Below the pieces are notes generated by a model. It saw nothing but the letters and a program-made list of their open reading frames with translations. It ran no database searches and had not been told where the DNA came from. Below, in pieces: positions 36,525-47,235 of a DNA stretch of 64,000 bases (its first letter is position 1; the number at the start of each line of letters is the position of its first letter). Location of the stretch: positions 1 to 64,000 of IMG/VR virus record IMGVR_UViG_3300032324_000909, one strand, 5' to 3'. Position numbers and translations under genes: made by a program. This stretch comes from a virus. Taxonomy: Duplodnaviria > Caudoviricetes.

Positions 36525-36962
36525 ATGCGCTTATTTGAAAATATTACGGATATTGCAAGGTCAGCTAGTGCTTTTCTACAAAATGGTAAGGCGCCCCCGA
36601 ATACTCCTGATTATTTAAAACAAAAAATGGAAGAGACTAACCACCTTTCTTCAAAAAAATTCTTTGTTATATTTACCTCAATATTAATGTTGGCTGCCTT
36701 ATATTATTCTAGTGTTGCAATACTTTTTGCGATAAGAATGCCTGAACATGTGGCGGCCTTTGTTACCTTATTTTCTAAAACTATAGAAATATTTGCAATT
36801 ATCATCGCTTCGTACCTTGGTGTTGAGGCTGTTGTTGATTTAAAATATAACAGTGCTTCTAATGCAGAGGTTAGGGGAGAGATTGCAGTTGAAAAGAAAG
36901 AAGTTATTCTTACGCATAATACAAAAGAAGATGATTACGATATTTCTGAGATATTAATATGA
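36525..36962 (+). CDS. putative holin
   Basis: two TM helices, overlaps the endolysin start. Confidence 0.6.
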   Translation: MRLFENITDIARSASAFLQNGKAPPNTPDYLKQKMEETNHLSSKKFFVIFTSILMLAALYYSSVAILFAIRMPEHVAAFVTLFSKTIEIFAIIIASYLGVEAVVDLKYNSASNAEVRGEIAVEKKEVILTHNTKEDDYDISEILI

Positions 36963-37573
36963 AAAAACCTTCACCAAAAGCACTAGATTTAATATTGAAG
37001 TACGAAGTAGGGGGTGGTAAGTCGTATTACGATAGGTTTTTAGCCAAGCCAACGTGGCCCGGTGGCGCAAGTGGTATGACGCTCGGTATAGGAGTGGATT
37101 GTGGTTACTATACTCCTGCAGAACTAGAAAAGATATTTAATTTTTTACCTAAAAAGCAATTAGACATTGTTAAAGGCGCGTCTGGCAAAAAGGGGCTAGC
37201 CGGTAAGGAGTATACAAATCAATATAAAAATAGTGGTATAATTATAACTTGGGATCAAGCTATAGATATTTTTAATGATCTTATTTGGCCTAAGTTTGCC
37301 AAGCTTGCCGAAAGGGCTTTCCCAGAACTAGATAAGCTATGTGATAATGCGTATGGTGCAATTGTCTCATTAGTTTTTAACCGTGGGTCTAGCTTAACTG
37401 GTGATAGTCGTAGGGAAATGAGGGAAATAAAAACCCTTGTGCCGAAAAAGGATTATAGAAGCATTGCCCTTGAGTTTCAAAAAATGAAACGTATATGGAG
37501 GGACAAGGGGCTAGATGGCCTATTGGAAAGACGCGATGCAGAGTCAAGTTTAATCCTTTCCTGTATAAATTAA
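36959..37573 (+). CDS. endolysin (lysozyme/GH24-pesticin-like)
   Basis: YEVGG..PTWPGGASGMTLGIGVDCG, SLVFNRG, GLLERRDAE. Confidence 0.8.
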   Translation: MKKPSPKALDLILKYEVGGGKSYYDRFLAKPTWPGGASGMTLGIGVDCGYYTPAELEKIFNFLPKKQLDIVKGASGKKGLAGKEYTNQYKNSGIIITWDQAIDIFNDLIWPKFAKLAERAFPELDKLCDNAYGAIVSLVFNRGSSLTGDSRREMREIKTLVPKKDYRSIALEFQKMKRIWRDKGLDGLLERRDAESSLILSCIN

Positions 37574-37609
37574 TTTGTTTTTATTTGTAAAAATTTATAA
37601 TATAAATAT

Positions 37610-39322
37610 ATGATAATAGAAGAAAAAGCGCAAACAGGTTTTGATTATTCTGATCTAGAATACAGACCCGGTAGTAAAACTAATTTATGTGCATTTGAAT
37701 TTGCAAATAATGCAAATAATGAATTATTAGTAAATCGTAAATTAAAAAATATTGCGCATATTCAGGCAGACAGTGTAAATTTTAACATGGATAAATTTAA
37801 ATACCAAGTAAAGTTTGATGGCATTATAGTACAGGCAATGGTTCCATTTGAGGAAGATAAGTATTTAGCTGTAGCATCTATTGATCAATTAAAATCATAT
37901 CTGCCACAAAAAGTTGATTTGGATATAAATAAAGACTTAATGGGCGTAGCTTTTGACGCATTTGTTGTAAATCGTGGTAACAAAAATGGTCATATCATTA
38001 GTACAGAAGTAGCACTAGCTATGGTTGAAAATTTTGTTAATAAGCCTTTTAATATTGAGCATAATAGAAAAACTGTTGTAGGTTTTTGTACTGGTTATGG
38101 TTTTAGTGAATTTGGTACTAGCAATCCATTAACTCTTGAACAGGTATCTGCAAGTAACGAGCCTTTCAACGTAGTTCTTTCTGGCTATGTATGGAAAATT
38201 GTTAATCCAGAGTTTGCGGAAGAACTTGTTAAGAGCAGTGATCCAAGCTCTACAGACTATCTATCGGTTAGTGCGAGTTGGGAACTTGGTTTTAACGAGT
38301 TTAATATAGCTAAAGGAAGCAAGAATTTAGCTGAAGCCTATATAATAGACGATGAGGAAGAAATTTTAAAATTAAAAGATTCATTAAGAGTCTTTGGCGG
38401 AAAGGGTTCAGATGAGGACGGTAATTTACTTTTACTGAATCTGCAAGGAACAGTATTGCCATTAGGAATAGGCTTCACTAACAACCCGGCAGCGGAAGTT
38501 AAGGGTGTAGTTATTTCCTATGATAAGCAAGAAATTGAGATAGTACAAGAAGACGCTAATAATAAAAATGAAAATCAAGAGAATGAAATTAATAAAAAAA
38601 GTGTCCCTTGTGATAATTATGATGTAAAAAGTACTATGCAAATTAATAAGATTGAAGACATCACAGAAGATTCCATTAAGGAAGTTTCTGCAAGCGCAGT
38701 TCGTGAATTTATTTCTAATAGTATTGCTGACCTTTCAAGAGATTGGCAATCCAAAGTAGAAGAAAAAGATAACGCACTAGTTAATGCCGAAGAAAAAGTT
38801 AACATGCTTAAGGGCGAGCTAGAAGCGATGAAGACTGAGAGCGAAAAGCTTAAAGAAGAATTCAATTCCATTCAGGACGCTATCAAGGCTCAGGAAATTG
38901 AAGCAACTTTCCAGCGTCGTATGTCGCTTGTTGATGAAGAGTTTAATCTATCCAACGAGGATCGTGAAATTATTGCAGAAGATTTACATGCTATCGAGAA
39001 TGACGAGGCTTTCGAGAAGTGGTACAATAAATTCAGCACAATTGCTTCCGCTAAGAAAAAAACAAATAAAACAGTAGAAGTAGTTGCTAGTACCGTTGAG
39101 GAAGAAGCTGCTGTTGAAGCTCCTGCCAAAGAGGTCGCTGAAGAAGCTGTTGTTGTAGAAACCGAAGAGTCTCCATCAGAAGAGAAGTCTGTTGAAGAGA
39201 TTGTTTCTTCGGTAAAAGAAGAGAAACAAATCATCCCAAACACATCTAGCACACAAGAAATTAGCTTAGTTGAAAAAATAAGTGCCGCTTTCAATAAAAA
39301 TAGTGTAAAGATCAATAGATAA
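37610..39322 (+). CDS. prohead protease-scaffold fusion
   Basis: NKNGH, PFNIEH, SASWE, TNNPAA; acidic coiled-coil C-terminus. Confidence 0.7.
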   Translation: MIIEEKAQTGFDYSDLEYRPGSKTNLCAFEFANNANNELLVNRKLKNIAHIQADSVNFNMDKFKYQVKFDGIIVQAMVPFEEDKYLAVASIDQLKSYLPQKVDLDINKDLMGVAFDAFVVNRGNKNGHIISTEVALAMVENFVNKPFNIEHNRKTVVGFCTGYGFSEFGTSNPLTLEQVSASNEPFNVVLSGYVWKIVNPEFAEELVKSSDPSSTDYLSVSASWELGFNEFNIAKGSKNLAEAYIIDDEEEILKLKDSLRVFGGKGSDEDGNLLLLNLQGTVLPLGIGFTNNPAAEVKGVVISYDKQEIEIVQEDANNKNENQENEINKKSVPCDNYDVKSTMQINKIEDITEDSIKEVSASAVREFISNSIADLSRDWQSKVEEKDNALVNAEEKVNMLKGELEAMKTESEKLKEEFNSIQDAIKAQEIEATFQRRMSLVDEEFNLSNEDREIIAEDLHAIENDEAFEKWYNKFSTIASAKKKTNKTVEVVASTVEEEAAVEAPAKEVAEEAVVVETEESPSEEKSVEEIVSSVKEEKQIIPNTSSTQEISLVEKISAAFNKNSVKINR

Positions 39323-39353
39323 TTATATCTAACAAAAATTTAAACAAAAACAT

Positions 39354-39890
39354 ATGAGTAACTTAAAACCATTCCGTGATTATAGTGAACACGATGTTAT
39401 TAACCTATTCGCTGTCTCTGGCGCAAGTGTCGATAAGGGCACTGTCGTCGTAGCCAACGGGCAGGGTATTAACCTCAAAGATTCAACTTTAGTTGATAAC
39501 ATTTCCGTATTTGGAAATAGCGTTTCATCCCACCTAGGAGTTCCTTGGACAGTTTCTCCAGCACCATCTGGCGCAGCAAAGGGCCAGATTGTTGGTCTTC
39601 TTCTAAAGGACGTTCGTAGCGTTGATGAAAATGGCGAAGCACTTCTATTTAAGCCCCGTAAGGCCGCTGAAATGGACGTAATTATTAGTGGACAGGCAGC
39701 CCCAATTCTAACAAAGGGTGTTGTACTAGTTGGCCCTATCGTTGGAACACCAGCTTTCGGCAGTGGAGCAGCAGTTTCCGATTCCGGAAATGGCGATATC
39801 AAGGTTGTTACTTATGGTAATGCAACTGTAGGTAAGTTCCTTGGCCCTAAGAATGATGAAGGTTTCGCTCTTCTAAAAATCGAGCTATAA
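39354..39890 (+). CDS. head decoration/minor capsid protein
   Basis: between the scaffold and the MCP. Confidence 0.6.
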   Translation: MSNLKPFRDYSEHDVINLFAVSGASVDKGTVVVANGQGINLKDSTLVDNISVFGNSVSSHLGVPWTVSPAPSGAAKGQIVGLLLKDVRSVDENGEALLFKPRKAAEMDVIISGQAAPILTKGVVLVGPIVGTPAFGSGAAVSDSGNGDIKVVTYGNATVGKFLGPKNDEGFALLKIEL

Positions 39891-39909
39891 TATCTAAAAA
39901 TTTAAAAAT

Positions 39910-41019
39910 ATGAAAATCCAATTCGAAAAAAATCCAGAACAGGTTGAGCTAATCAAGGCTCTTGCCTCGGACAATAAATCAACAGCCCTAGAGGCTCAGG
40001 AAGCTTTCGCAGCTTTCATTAGTCAGGTAGTTCAGCAAGTGCTACTACAGACTGGTACTGCTAGCGCTATTTATCGTGATATTGAGTTTGATGAAGATGA
40101 TTCTCCATCAATCCCTCTAGATCTATACTATGGAGCACAGGAAGGAACCATTAGTGTCTGGAGTCAGACAGTAGGTGGTGGTCTACCAACTAACTTCGTA
40201 CAGGGCACTCAGGAGATGAAGGTTAGTACATATCGCTTAGATAGCGCAATCTCCATGGAGAAGCGTTATGTCCGCAGAGCACGTTTAGACGTTGTTGCAG
40301 CTGGATTAGAGCGTATGGCCAACGAGCTTCTTGTTAAGCAGGAGCGTAATGCGTGGGCAGTTGTCCTAAAGGCTCTTGCCGAGGCTTCTACTCAGTCCCA
40401 GAAGCACATCATCCGCTCTGGAACAGCTGGTACATATCAGCTAGACGACATGAACAAGCTATGGACACTAGTTCGTAGATTGAATGCCGCCTACACTGGT
40501 GGAACACCTTCCGCACTACAGAGCCGTGGTCTAACAGACTTATTCGTAAGTCCAGAGGTCAAGGAGCAGATCCGTGGGTTTGCTTATCAGCCAATGAATA
40601 CTCGTACTGGTTCCACTGGATCCACACAGAGTAACACAGCCATTGCACTACCTGATAGTATCCGTGAGGAAATCTATCGCAGTGCTGGAACAAGTGAGAT
40701 CTTTGGTGTTACAATCCATGAGTTACTAGAACTAGGTGTTGGACGTAAGTACAACGATCTATTCGCCGCCTTCGCTGGTGGAACTTCCTACGGTGGAAGT
40801 ACTTTCAATGGATCCACAAGTCAGGTAATCGTTGGTGTGGATTCCACACGTAACGCTTTCTTACGCCCAGTTTCCATCCAGAGTGAGACACGTGGACAGG
40901 TTAAGGTTCTTCCTGATGACCAGTTCCTAGCTCGCAGTCAGAAGGTTGGCTTCTACAGTTATGTTGAAGAGGGCCGTGTAGTAACTGACGCTCGTGCAGT
41001 TTGCGGTTTAATCGTCTAA
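39910..41019 (+). CDS. major capsid protein
   Basis: 369 aa, biased codon use, position, terminator downstream. Confidence 0.8.
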   Translation: MKIQFEKNPEQVELIKALASDNKSTALEAQEAFAAFISQVVQQVLLQTGTASAIYRDIEFDEDDSPSIPLDLYYGAQEGTISVWSQTVGGGLPTNFVQGTQEMKVSTYRLDSAISMEKRYVRRARLDVVAAGLERMANELLVKQERNAWAVVLKALAEASTQSQKHIIRSGTAGTYQLDDMNKLWTLVRRLNAAYTGGTPSALQSRGLTDLFVSPEVKEQIRGFAYQPMNTRTGSTGSTQSNTAIALPDSIREEIYRSAGTSEIFGVTIHELLELGVGRKYNDLFAAFAGGTSYGGSTFNGSTSQVIVGVDSTRNAFLRPVSIQSETRGQVKVLPDDQFLARSQKVGFYSYVEEGRVVTDARAVCGLIV

Positions 41020-41042
41020 TAAGACTTAAACAACTATCAAAG

Positions 41043-41074
41043 AAAAGCCGCCAGAAATGGCGGCTTTTTCTTTT
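41043..41074 (+). terminator. intrinsic terminator
   Basis: AAAAGCCGCCA-GAAA-TGGCGGCTTTTT. Confidence 0.85.
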
Positions 41075-41117
41075 GTAATTAAAATTGATAATTAATATTA
41101 ATCAGTTAATAATATAT

Positions 41118-41492
41118 ATGAGCAAAACTAAAAAGAGTTCCGTAAAACTAGATAAACAGGCACAACTAGATGGAAAGTGCGATGAAAAACCACAAGTTCA
41201 GATTGCTGGTTCTTTAGATTCGATTATGGGTGAGTGCTTGTCCTTGTATTCAGTTACAAATATAGAAGATTATAAAAATCAGATTTCCGAAATGAATCAA
41301 ACAGACCTGCAGACCCATGCCTATAAAATTGGATTAGTTCCAATAGAAGATCGCAGGGTTTTGATTTCAAGGCTATGTACGGAATTTGAACGCTGGAATA
41401 CTCGTATGACTCCACACGATGTTGGTGGGCTATCTAAGACAATTAACGATATTAACCAAAGAGCGCAAAAGATACTTAGAGAAGGTGCGTGA
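41118..41492 (+). CDS. hypothetical protein
   Basis: start re-called to MSKTKK. Confidence 0.6.
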   Translation: MSKTKKSSVKLDKQAQLDGKCDEKPQVQIAGSLDSIMGECLSLYSVTNIEDYKNQISEMNQTDLQTHAYKIGLVPIEDRRVLISRLCTEFERWNTRMTPHDVGGLSKTINDINQRAQKILREGA

Positions 41493-41521
41493 TTGCAACG
41501 ATATTATGTGTAAAATAGTAT

Positions 41522-42052
41522 GTGAGCAATAATTATTTAGACAACTTTGTAAATAGTATTTATGGGCAGATTGGGGAACCTACCGCTTATTCTTTAAGTA
41601 GAGTAAGTGGATGGGTGTTGGATAATTCAAATTTAGGTAAACTAAATAACCTAATTGGGACAAATTATATTTCAGAATATATAACTGGGGTAACTGGATA
41701 TGCAATAACCCCACAGCCGGGCAATAATGAGTTAGCAATTTATTCTTTAGTATTTGAATATAATTATTATTCACAACTAGCTAGAGACACGGCAATTAGC
41801 GCTAGCACAGCGGCTGGAGACTGGACATCGCTTGCTGAGGGAGATAGTAGAATAAGTCGCGTAAATAAAAATGAAGTAAGTAAAACCCTCAGGGGTATTG
41901 CGTCCGACACCAAGCAGAATTTAGATAAATCTGTAAAAATGTATCTAAAGTATGAAGCTACCCCAAATCAGGTGGTTGGAGATGATACAGTGGCTTTAAA
42001 TAATTATGTTATTGTAGAATATAATAGAAATTATTATAGGGAATTATATTAG
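41522..42052 (+). CDS. putative head-tail adaptor
   Basis: synteny. Confidence 0.45.
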   Translation: MSNNYLDNFVNSIYGQIGEPTAYSLSRVSGWVLDNSNLGKLNNLIGTNYISEYITGVTGYAITPQPGNNELAIYSLVFEYNYYSQLARDTAISASTAAGDWTSLAEGDSRISRVNKNEVSKTLRGIASDTKQNLDKSVKMYLKYEATPNQVVGDDTVALNNYVIVEYNRNYYRELY

Positions 42053-42053
42053 T

Positions 42054-42491
42054 ATGGATTTATTAACACTGGGCGAAAAAAATGCATATAGTCAAGTATT
42101 TGTTAATATACATGATACTTTTTCTAGGCCTATTATAGTATGGAAAATACCAAATAGGACAATTATATCCACAACTCAAAACTATAATTTTTTATATCAA
42201 GAACAGCCAGATATTGACCAGTCTTTTGTTCCATCAAGTGGCGTCTTTAATGCCCGCATAAAGTGGAGTGATCAAGCTATTACACACGACCAAAAAGATA
42301 TAAGAGAAAACATACTTGGAAATACTTGTAGAATCAAAGTTCAGGCCGATGCTGTTGCCTATATAAGTGGTTCGGAAAAAATAGAAATAGATGGAAGGGC
42401 ATTTAGTTTAGTTAGTGCAAATAAAATAGGTAAATCACATGGTCTATTCACTGGTGATTTCTATACTTTATATTTAGAGGAGTCGCTATAA
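42054..42491 (+). CDS. putative head-closure protein
   Basis: synteny; beta-rich, KIEIDG motif. Confidence 0.45.
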   Translation: MDLLTLGEKNAYSQVFVNIHDTFSRPIIVWKIPNRTIISTTQNYNFLYQEQPDIDQSFVPSSGVFNARIKWSDQAITHDQKDIRENILGNTCRIKVQADAVAYISGSEKIEIDGRAFSLVSANKIGKSHGLFTGDFYTLYLEESL

Positions 42492-43069
42492 TGGCAAAGG
42501 GTACGATAAATCTCAAGCAACTTAATAGGGAAATTTTTTCCGATAAGGAGCTTCAGGCATATATACAAACACAAGCAGAGAAAATTCTTGTGGTAAATAA
42601 AAACAATTTACAAAAAGAGTTTAATGATCATCCAGTTACTAAGGAAATTCAGGCTGGGCCAGATACTTTAAATTCTTCGGGTACTTTGGGTGGGATAGGA
42701 AATTTATTTTCATTTATAGGTTTTAATAGGGGATCAAATCCAATAAAACCAGTTAGTGATTTAATCAGTAAAATAACATTAGGTAAATTATCAAAGACAA
42801 GCGATGATGGAGTGTTTACTTTTACCGTTAATATACCTGCAAAGTCAGAGTTTGAAGCGGTTACTAAAATGCCTTGGGAGACTGGTAGGAGTTGGTTGTA
42901 TGATGTAGAGAGATCGATATCTGGCTTGGGTCAGTATCTTTATGGTAAATATAATAAATCAAGATCTGGCTCTGGAGTACAATCCGAAAAAAGTGTAAGA
43001 AGTACGGGTTTTAAGCCCGTGCCATACTTTTCTAGTATGCTTGAAAACTTCGTAAAAAGACTAAAATGA
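42491..43069 (+). CDS. putative neck/tail completion protein
   Basis: synteny; C-terminal KPVPYF. Confidence 0.45.
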   Translation: MAKGTINLKQLNREIFSDKELQAYIQTQAEKILVVNKNNLQKEFNDHPVTKEIQAGPDTLNSSGTLGGIGNLFSFIGFNRGSNPIKPVSDLISKITLGKLSKTSDDGVFTFTVNIPAKSEFEAVTKMPWETGRSWLYDVERSISGLGQYLYGKYNKSRSGSGVQSEKSVRSTGFKPVPYFSSMLENFVKRLK

Positions 43070-43920
43070 AACCTACTTATTTAAATAGTTTAACATCTAG
43101 TTTTTATTTATGGTTAGACCATGAAATGCTTTATAATGGAGAGGCCTTTCAGAATTTTAGTGGTAAGTTATATTTATCTCAAGACCCAACTTTTTCACAA
43201 AATACAATTTATGGCTCGCCTTTTAAGCAGTGGGTTTTAGACACTAGTGTACAGAACGCCTTGGTTCCTAGTGGCGTTTTTTCAAGTGGCAGTTTTATTC
43301 CTAGAGGGGTAAGTGGAACTGCTTTAGATTTTAATAGAGGAAGAGTGTTATTTAATAATACGGTATCTCAAAATTTACAAAACTTATCTATTGCCTATTC
43401 TTTTAAGGAATTCAATCTGTACTATACAGATGAAAAAGAAGAAAACTTACTATTTGAGAAAAGATATGACCCAATGCCGAAAGTAACTAGAGTTACTGGC
43501 GCATTAGCTTGGAATGATGATCCATATCCCTGTATATTCTTTAAGAATACAAGTATTCAAAATAAACCATTTGCTTTTGGTGGGCAGGATAATACGATGA
43601 GTTCTATGAGATGTGTTATTTTGGCGGAGAACATATATTCGCTAGATGGTGCAATTTCTATTATGGCGGATAGTGCTAGAAAAACATTCCCACTAGTATC
43701 ACCGCAAAAATTACCATATAATATATATGGAGATTTAAAATCTGGATTATCTAGTTATAATTATTTTGATTTATGTACTGGACAAAATGATTGGGTTTAC
43801 GTAGATAGGGTGACTGTTTCTAGATTGTCTGAAACAGAAAATAAAAAAATGAATAGCAAGTTAGTGGCGGCAATCGTTGACTTCGAGCTATCTGACGTAA
43901 GAACCCCAAGATTTAATTAA
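43066..43920 (+). CDS. putative tail terminator
   Basis: synteny; YPCIF motif. Confidence 0.45.
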   Translation: MKPTYLNSLTSSFYLWLDHEMLYNGEAFQNFSGKLYLSQDPTFSQNTIYGSPFKQWVLDTSVQNALVPSGVFSSGSFIPRGVSGTALDFNRGRVLFNNTVSQNLQNLSIAYSFKEFNLYYTDEKEENLLFEKRYDPMPKVTRVTGALAWNDDPYPCIFFKNTSIQNKPFAFGGQDNTMSSMRCVILAENIYSLDGAISIMADSARKTFPLVSPQKLPYNIYGDLKSGLSSYNYFDLCTGQNDWVYVDRVTVSRLSETENKKMNSKLVAAIVDFELSDVRTPRFN

Positions 43921-43978
43921 TTCTATAGTGTCTATTTTAGGTAGATGAATGTAATTAATAGTAACCTTTTAAAACTTT

Positions 43979-45070
43979 ATGCCAAGAAATCGTACAATAT
44001 ATAATGTGTTATCACTCTTTGCGGGGCAAGTTACTGGTAGCGCTACAGGTCAACATACTGGAGTTGGTGCTATCAAGCAACTAACTCGTGTTCAATCTTT
44101 TGATGAAGACTTTTCAAGAAACTTCACTGATGTTAACCAATATGGAAATCTTGCCGCTATAGACCGTGTTGAAGTTGAAGCACCAACCGTAAGTTCTAGT
44201 TTCAGTTACTATCCTACAGATGGCAGTAATGAAAAATATCTTGGATTAACTGTAACAACTGGTTCGCAGGCAGCAGTTTCTTGCTTATCGGGTATCTTGA
44301 ACAAGACAAGTGACGAAAAGAATTACTTCCTCTTGATTGCTGACGAAGGAAATGATGCCGTTGGGTATGCTGGAACACGCAGTGGAGTTATAGGTGTTGG
44401 AAATGCTTTCATTACCTCCTATTCGATAGAAGGTGCCGTGGGTGATATCCCAACTACAAGTGTTGACTTAGAGGCCCTAAATATTAGAGTTTATTCAGAT
44501 ATTACTGCATCAACTGTAATCCCAGCTATTAATGCAGCTAATGGTCAGCCAGTTACAGGATCGTTTTTCAAGTTGCCAGTTGCAAGCACTAATGACAATG
44601 CTTCACAAGTAACAGCCCTACAGCCCGGAGATATTACTTTAAATATTGATGGTTTAACTGGGGTTAATATGAATGATTTAAAGATTCAGAGTTTTACATT
44701 AAGTTTTGATCTAGGCAGAACCCCGCTACAAAGACTTGGTAATAGATTTGCCTTCTCTCGTGAAATTGATTTCCCTGTAGAGGCGACTCTTTCTGTAGAC
44801 GCAATTCTTGGGGATTTACAAGATGGTAATTTAGCAGATATGATCTGTCAGACTGGAACTTATGACTTATCTGTTATCATGAGAAAGCCAGCATGTGGAG
44901 CACTAGGAACACCTGCATTAGCCTATACGCTAAAGGGTGCTAAAGTAAATTCACAATCGATCTCTACCGCGATTGGTGATAATGCCACATTTACTGCAGA
45001 ATATCAGGTACAAATTGGCGGACCTCAGGATTTAGATAGAGGCGTTTTCATCTCTGGAAGTTACATTTAA
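43979..45070 (+). CDS. major tail tube protein
   Basis: beta-rich, position, terminator downstream. Confidence 0.7.
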   Translation: MPRNRTIYNVLSLFAGQVTGSATGQHTGVGAIKQLTRVQSFDEDFSRNFTDVNQYGNLAAIDRVEVEAPTVSSSFSYYPTDGSNEKYLGLTVTTGSQAAVSCLSGILNKTSDEKNYFLLIADEGNDAVGYAGTRSGVIGVGNAFITSYSIEGAVGDIPTTSVDLEALNIRVYSDITASTVIPAINAANGQPVTGSFFKLPVASTNDNASQVTALQPGDITLNIDGLTGVNMNDLKIQSFTLSFDLGRTPLQRLGNRFAFSREIDFPVEATLSVDAILGDLQDGNLADMICQTGTYDLSVIMRKPACGALGTPALAYTLKGAKVNSQSISTAIGDNATFTAEYQVQIGGPQDLDRGVFISGSYI

Positions 45071-45094
45071 TTAATAAAAATTAAACTATAATTA

Positions 45095-45129
45095 TAGTGG
45101 GCACCGTAAAAGGTGCCCATTATTTTTTT
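45095..45129 (+). terminator. intrinsic terminator
   Basis: TGGGCACC-GTAAAA-GGTGCCCA plus T-tract. Confidence 0.85.
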
Positions 45130-45176
45130 ATAGGTGTAATTATATTTGGTATAATAAGGTATACAAAGGTAAAAGG

Positions 45177-45401
45177 ATGAGTTTTGATATTAATAATTTT
45201 GTCATTGGCGCGACCTCACGTGAGGTGAAAAAGCTATACTTGTCACTTCTATACACAATAGAAGATTTGAAAAATAAAGATAAGATAAGCGAAGAAGATT
45301 TTCAATATACCAGAAAGCGTATATTAGATTATGGAAATAACTGCATTCGTAATATGGAAGAACAGTTAGATAATTTTGATTTCACGTTTAAACAGAAATA
45401 G
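45177..45401 (+). CDS. hypothetical protein
   Basis: ORF after GTGTAAT. Confidence 0.6.
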   Translation: MSFDINNFVIGATSREVKKLYLSLLYTIEDLKNKDKISEEDFQYTRKRILDYGNNCIRNMEEQLDNFDFTFKQK

Positions 45402-45409
45402 TATATTAT

Positions 45410-46171
45410 ATGCAACAAAATAACAAGAAATGGTATTATAAATTTAGTACTGAAAAAGAAGTAAAAAACTCGGACGGAACCTCTAATAAGGAAGTTTTAA
45501 ATTTTGCTCTGCTTAAACCAAATAGGAGACTGCGTGAGGATGGCGAATTATTTTTTGCTAGTGAAGTTTCTAGGTTTGCAAAAGCTGGCGTTTTACCAAA
45601 GGCCGCTTGGAATACAATTTTGTCAAATGGTGGTGGAAGCATAAGCGAGCAAGATAGGGAAGTATATGGAGAACTATTAACCGCATTTCGTGATAAGACT
45701 TTTGACATTCAGTCTCTTTTGATTAAGACCGATGGTGTTCGTACGGAAGAAGACAAGCAATTATTAAATAAACTAACAACAGAATTAGATGAGGTTAGAA
45801 GGCAAATTCAATCTTTTGAAAGTGCGCAGATTAATATTTTTGAAAACACTGCCGAAGCAAAGGCTAGAAATCGCACTATCCTATGGTGGATTACAAATCT
45901 ACTTTATCAAGAAAAGGGCACTGATTTTGCTAAATTCTTTGACAAGAATACGTTAGATGAAAATCTTGATAGATATGATGAGATTGAAGAGTCCGACGAC
46001 GAGGCATTACAATCATCAATTAGACGTGTTTCTTACCTAATTACTTTATGGTTCCTAGGTCGCGCAGAAACCGAAGAAGACTTCAAGGAACTAGATGAGG
46101 CCGCTAATAAACAGCCAGATAAAACCGAAACTAAGGAGTTGGAAAATACCACCCCTGAAGGTAACTCTTAA
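45410..46171 (+). CDS. putative tail assembly chaperone
   Basis: between the tail tube and TMP genes. Confidence 0.5.
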   Translation: MQQNNKKWYYKFSTEKEVKNSDGTSNKEVLNFALLKPNRRLREDGELFFASEVSRFAKAGVLPKAAWNTILSNGGGSISEQDREVYGELLTAFRDKTFDIQSLLIKTDGVRTEEDKQLLNKLTTELDEVRRQIQSFESAQINIFENTAEAKARNRTILWWITNLLYQEKGTDFAKFFDKNTLDENLDRYDEIEESDDEALQSSIRRVSYLITLWFLGRAETEEDFKELDEAANKQPDKTETKELENTTPEGNS

Positions 46172-46176
46172 GCGAT

Positions 46177-47196
46177 GTGGATAAATCTACAGAGTACGGC
46201 AGGATTTATAATGAAATAGCCTGTGGGTTTTCCAAGAAAACGATAAATGGTGTAGACTATTTCTTTAAACACCCAAGTCAAGCCGAGCACTTTAGTATAT
46301 ATGATAGGTATGATGTAATCTATAAAGATGCAAAAAATCGCGGCTTAGAGACAGAAGCAGAGAAGTTGGAAAGAGCTATTGCTGAAGGGTGGTGGTCGTC
46401 ACAAAACGAAGTTACCATAGATTTCTTAAAAAAGACTGTTAAAAACTTATATAAAACAAAAGAAAAGTTATTATATAAATCGCAAAAAGAAGATATTCAA
46501 AAACAGATAGTTAGAAATGAAAGGGTGTTACTTACTTACCATAAGCAAAGAAATGAGGTTGTGGGCTATACTTTGGAGAAGTATGCTAACGATAAATTTT
46601 ATGATGAAACAATCTTGAAATTAACCTATAAAAACGAAGGTTTGACAGAAAGGGTGTTCGAGTCAGAGAATGATTATTATTATTTATCTGAAGACGTTGT
46701 GGAGGATATACGGACGGGTTTTAATGGACATATATCAAGATTAAGTCTAGAAAATATCAGATTAGTATCTGCTTGTATGTTTTTTCAAAATTTAATTTAT
46801 ATTACAGACTGTATTCCCATGAATTTTTGGGGTAAGGCGACGGCTCTTTGTACAAAGTATCAAATAGATTTACTTATTTATGGTAAAATGTTTAAAAATA
46901 TAATACAAAATTCTGCGGAGGGTGGCAAACCGATCAATGATGAAATACTGTCTGATCCAGAAAGGCTTGTGTCTTGGGTGGATTCACAATCTAGTGGTTC
47001 TAGCGCAAAAAGTAAACAAAACTTAAAAAATAGTTCTACCAGAGTAACTGGTCATGTTGGCGCCACCCAATCAGATTTAAGGGACTTGGGAGTAAAGGTT
47101 GAAAAAATTGGCGGTAAAAGTTTATTACAGTTGGCCGAAGAAAGTGGTGGTACACTTGAAAAATCCGAATATCTTAATGCGCGTGATAAGTTGTAA
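46177..47196 (+). CDS. putative tail assembly chaperone
   Basis: directly upstream of the TMP gene. Confidence 0.5.
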   Translation: MDKSTEYGRIYNEIACGFSKKTINGVDYFFKHPSQAEHFSIYDRYDVIYKDAKNRGLETEAEKLERAIAEGWWSSQNEVTIDFLKKTVKNLYKTKEKLLYKSQKEDIQKQIVRNERVLLTYHKQRNEVVGYTLEKYANDKFYDETILKLTYKNEGLTERVFESENDYYYLSEDVVEDIRTGFNGHISRLSLENIRLVSACMFFQNLIYITDCIPMNFWGKATALCTKYQIDLLIYGKMFKNIIQNSAEGGKPINDEILSDPERLVSWVDSQSSGSSAKSKQNLKNSSTRVTGHVGATQSDLRDLGVKVEKIGGKSLLQLAEESGGTLEKSEYLNARDKL

Positions 47197-47235
47197 AGTG
47201 TAAATAAGTGTGAGTGAAATCACTCGGAACAAGGT

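Noticed and set aside
45410-47196. Programmed frameshift between tail chaperones
   Set aside because: No convincing slippery heptamer near the junction; the second ORF has its own GTG start
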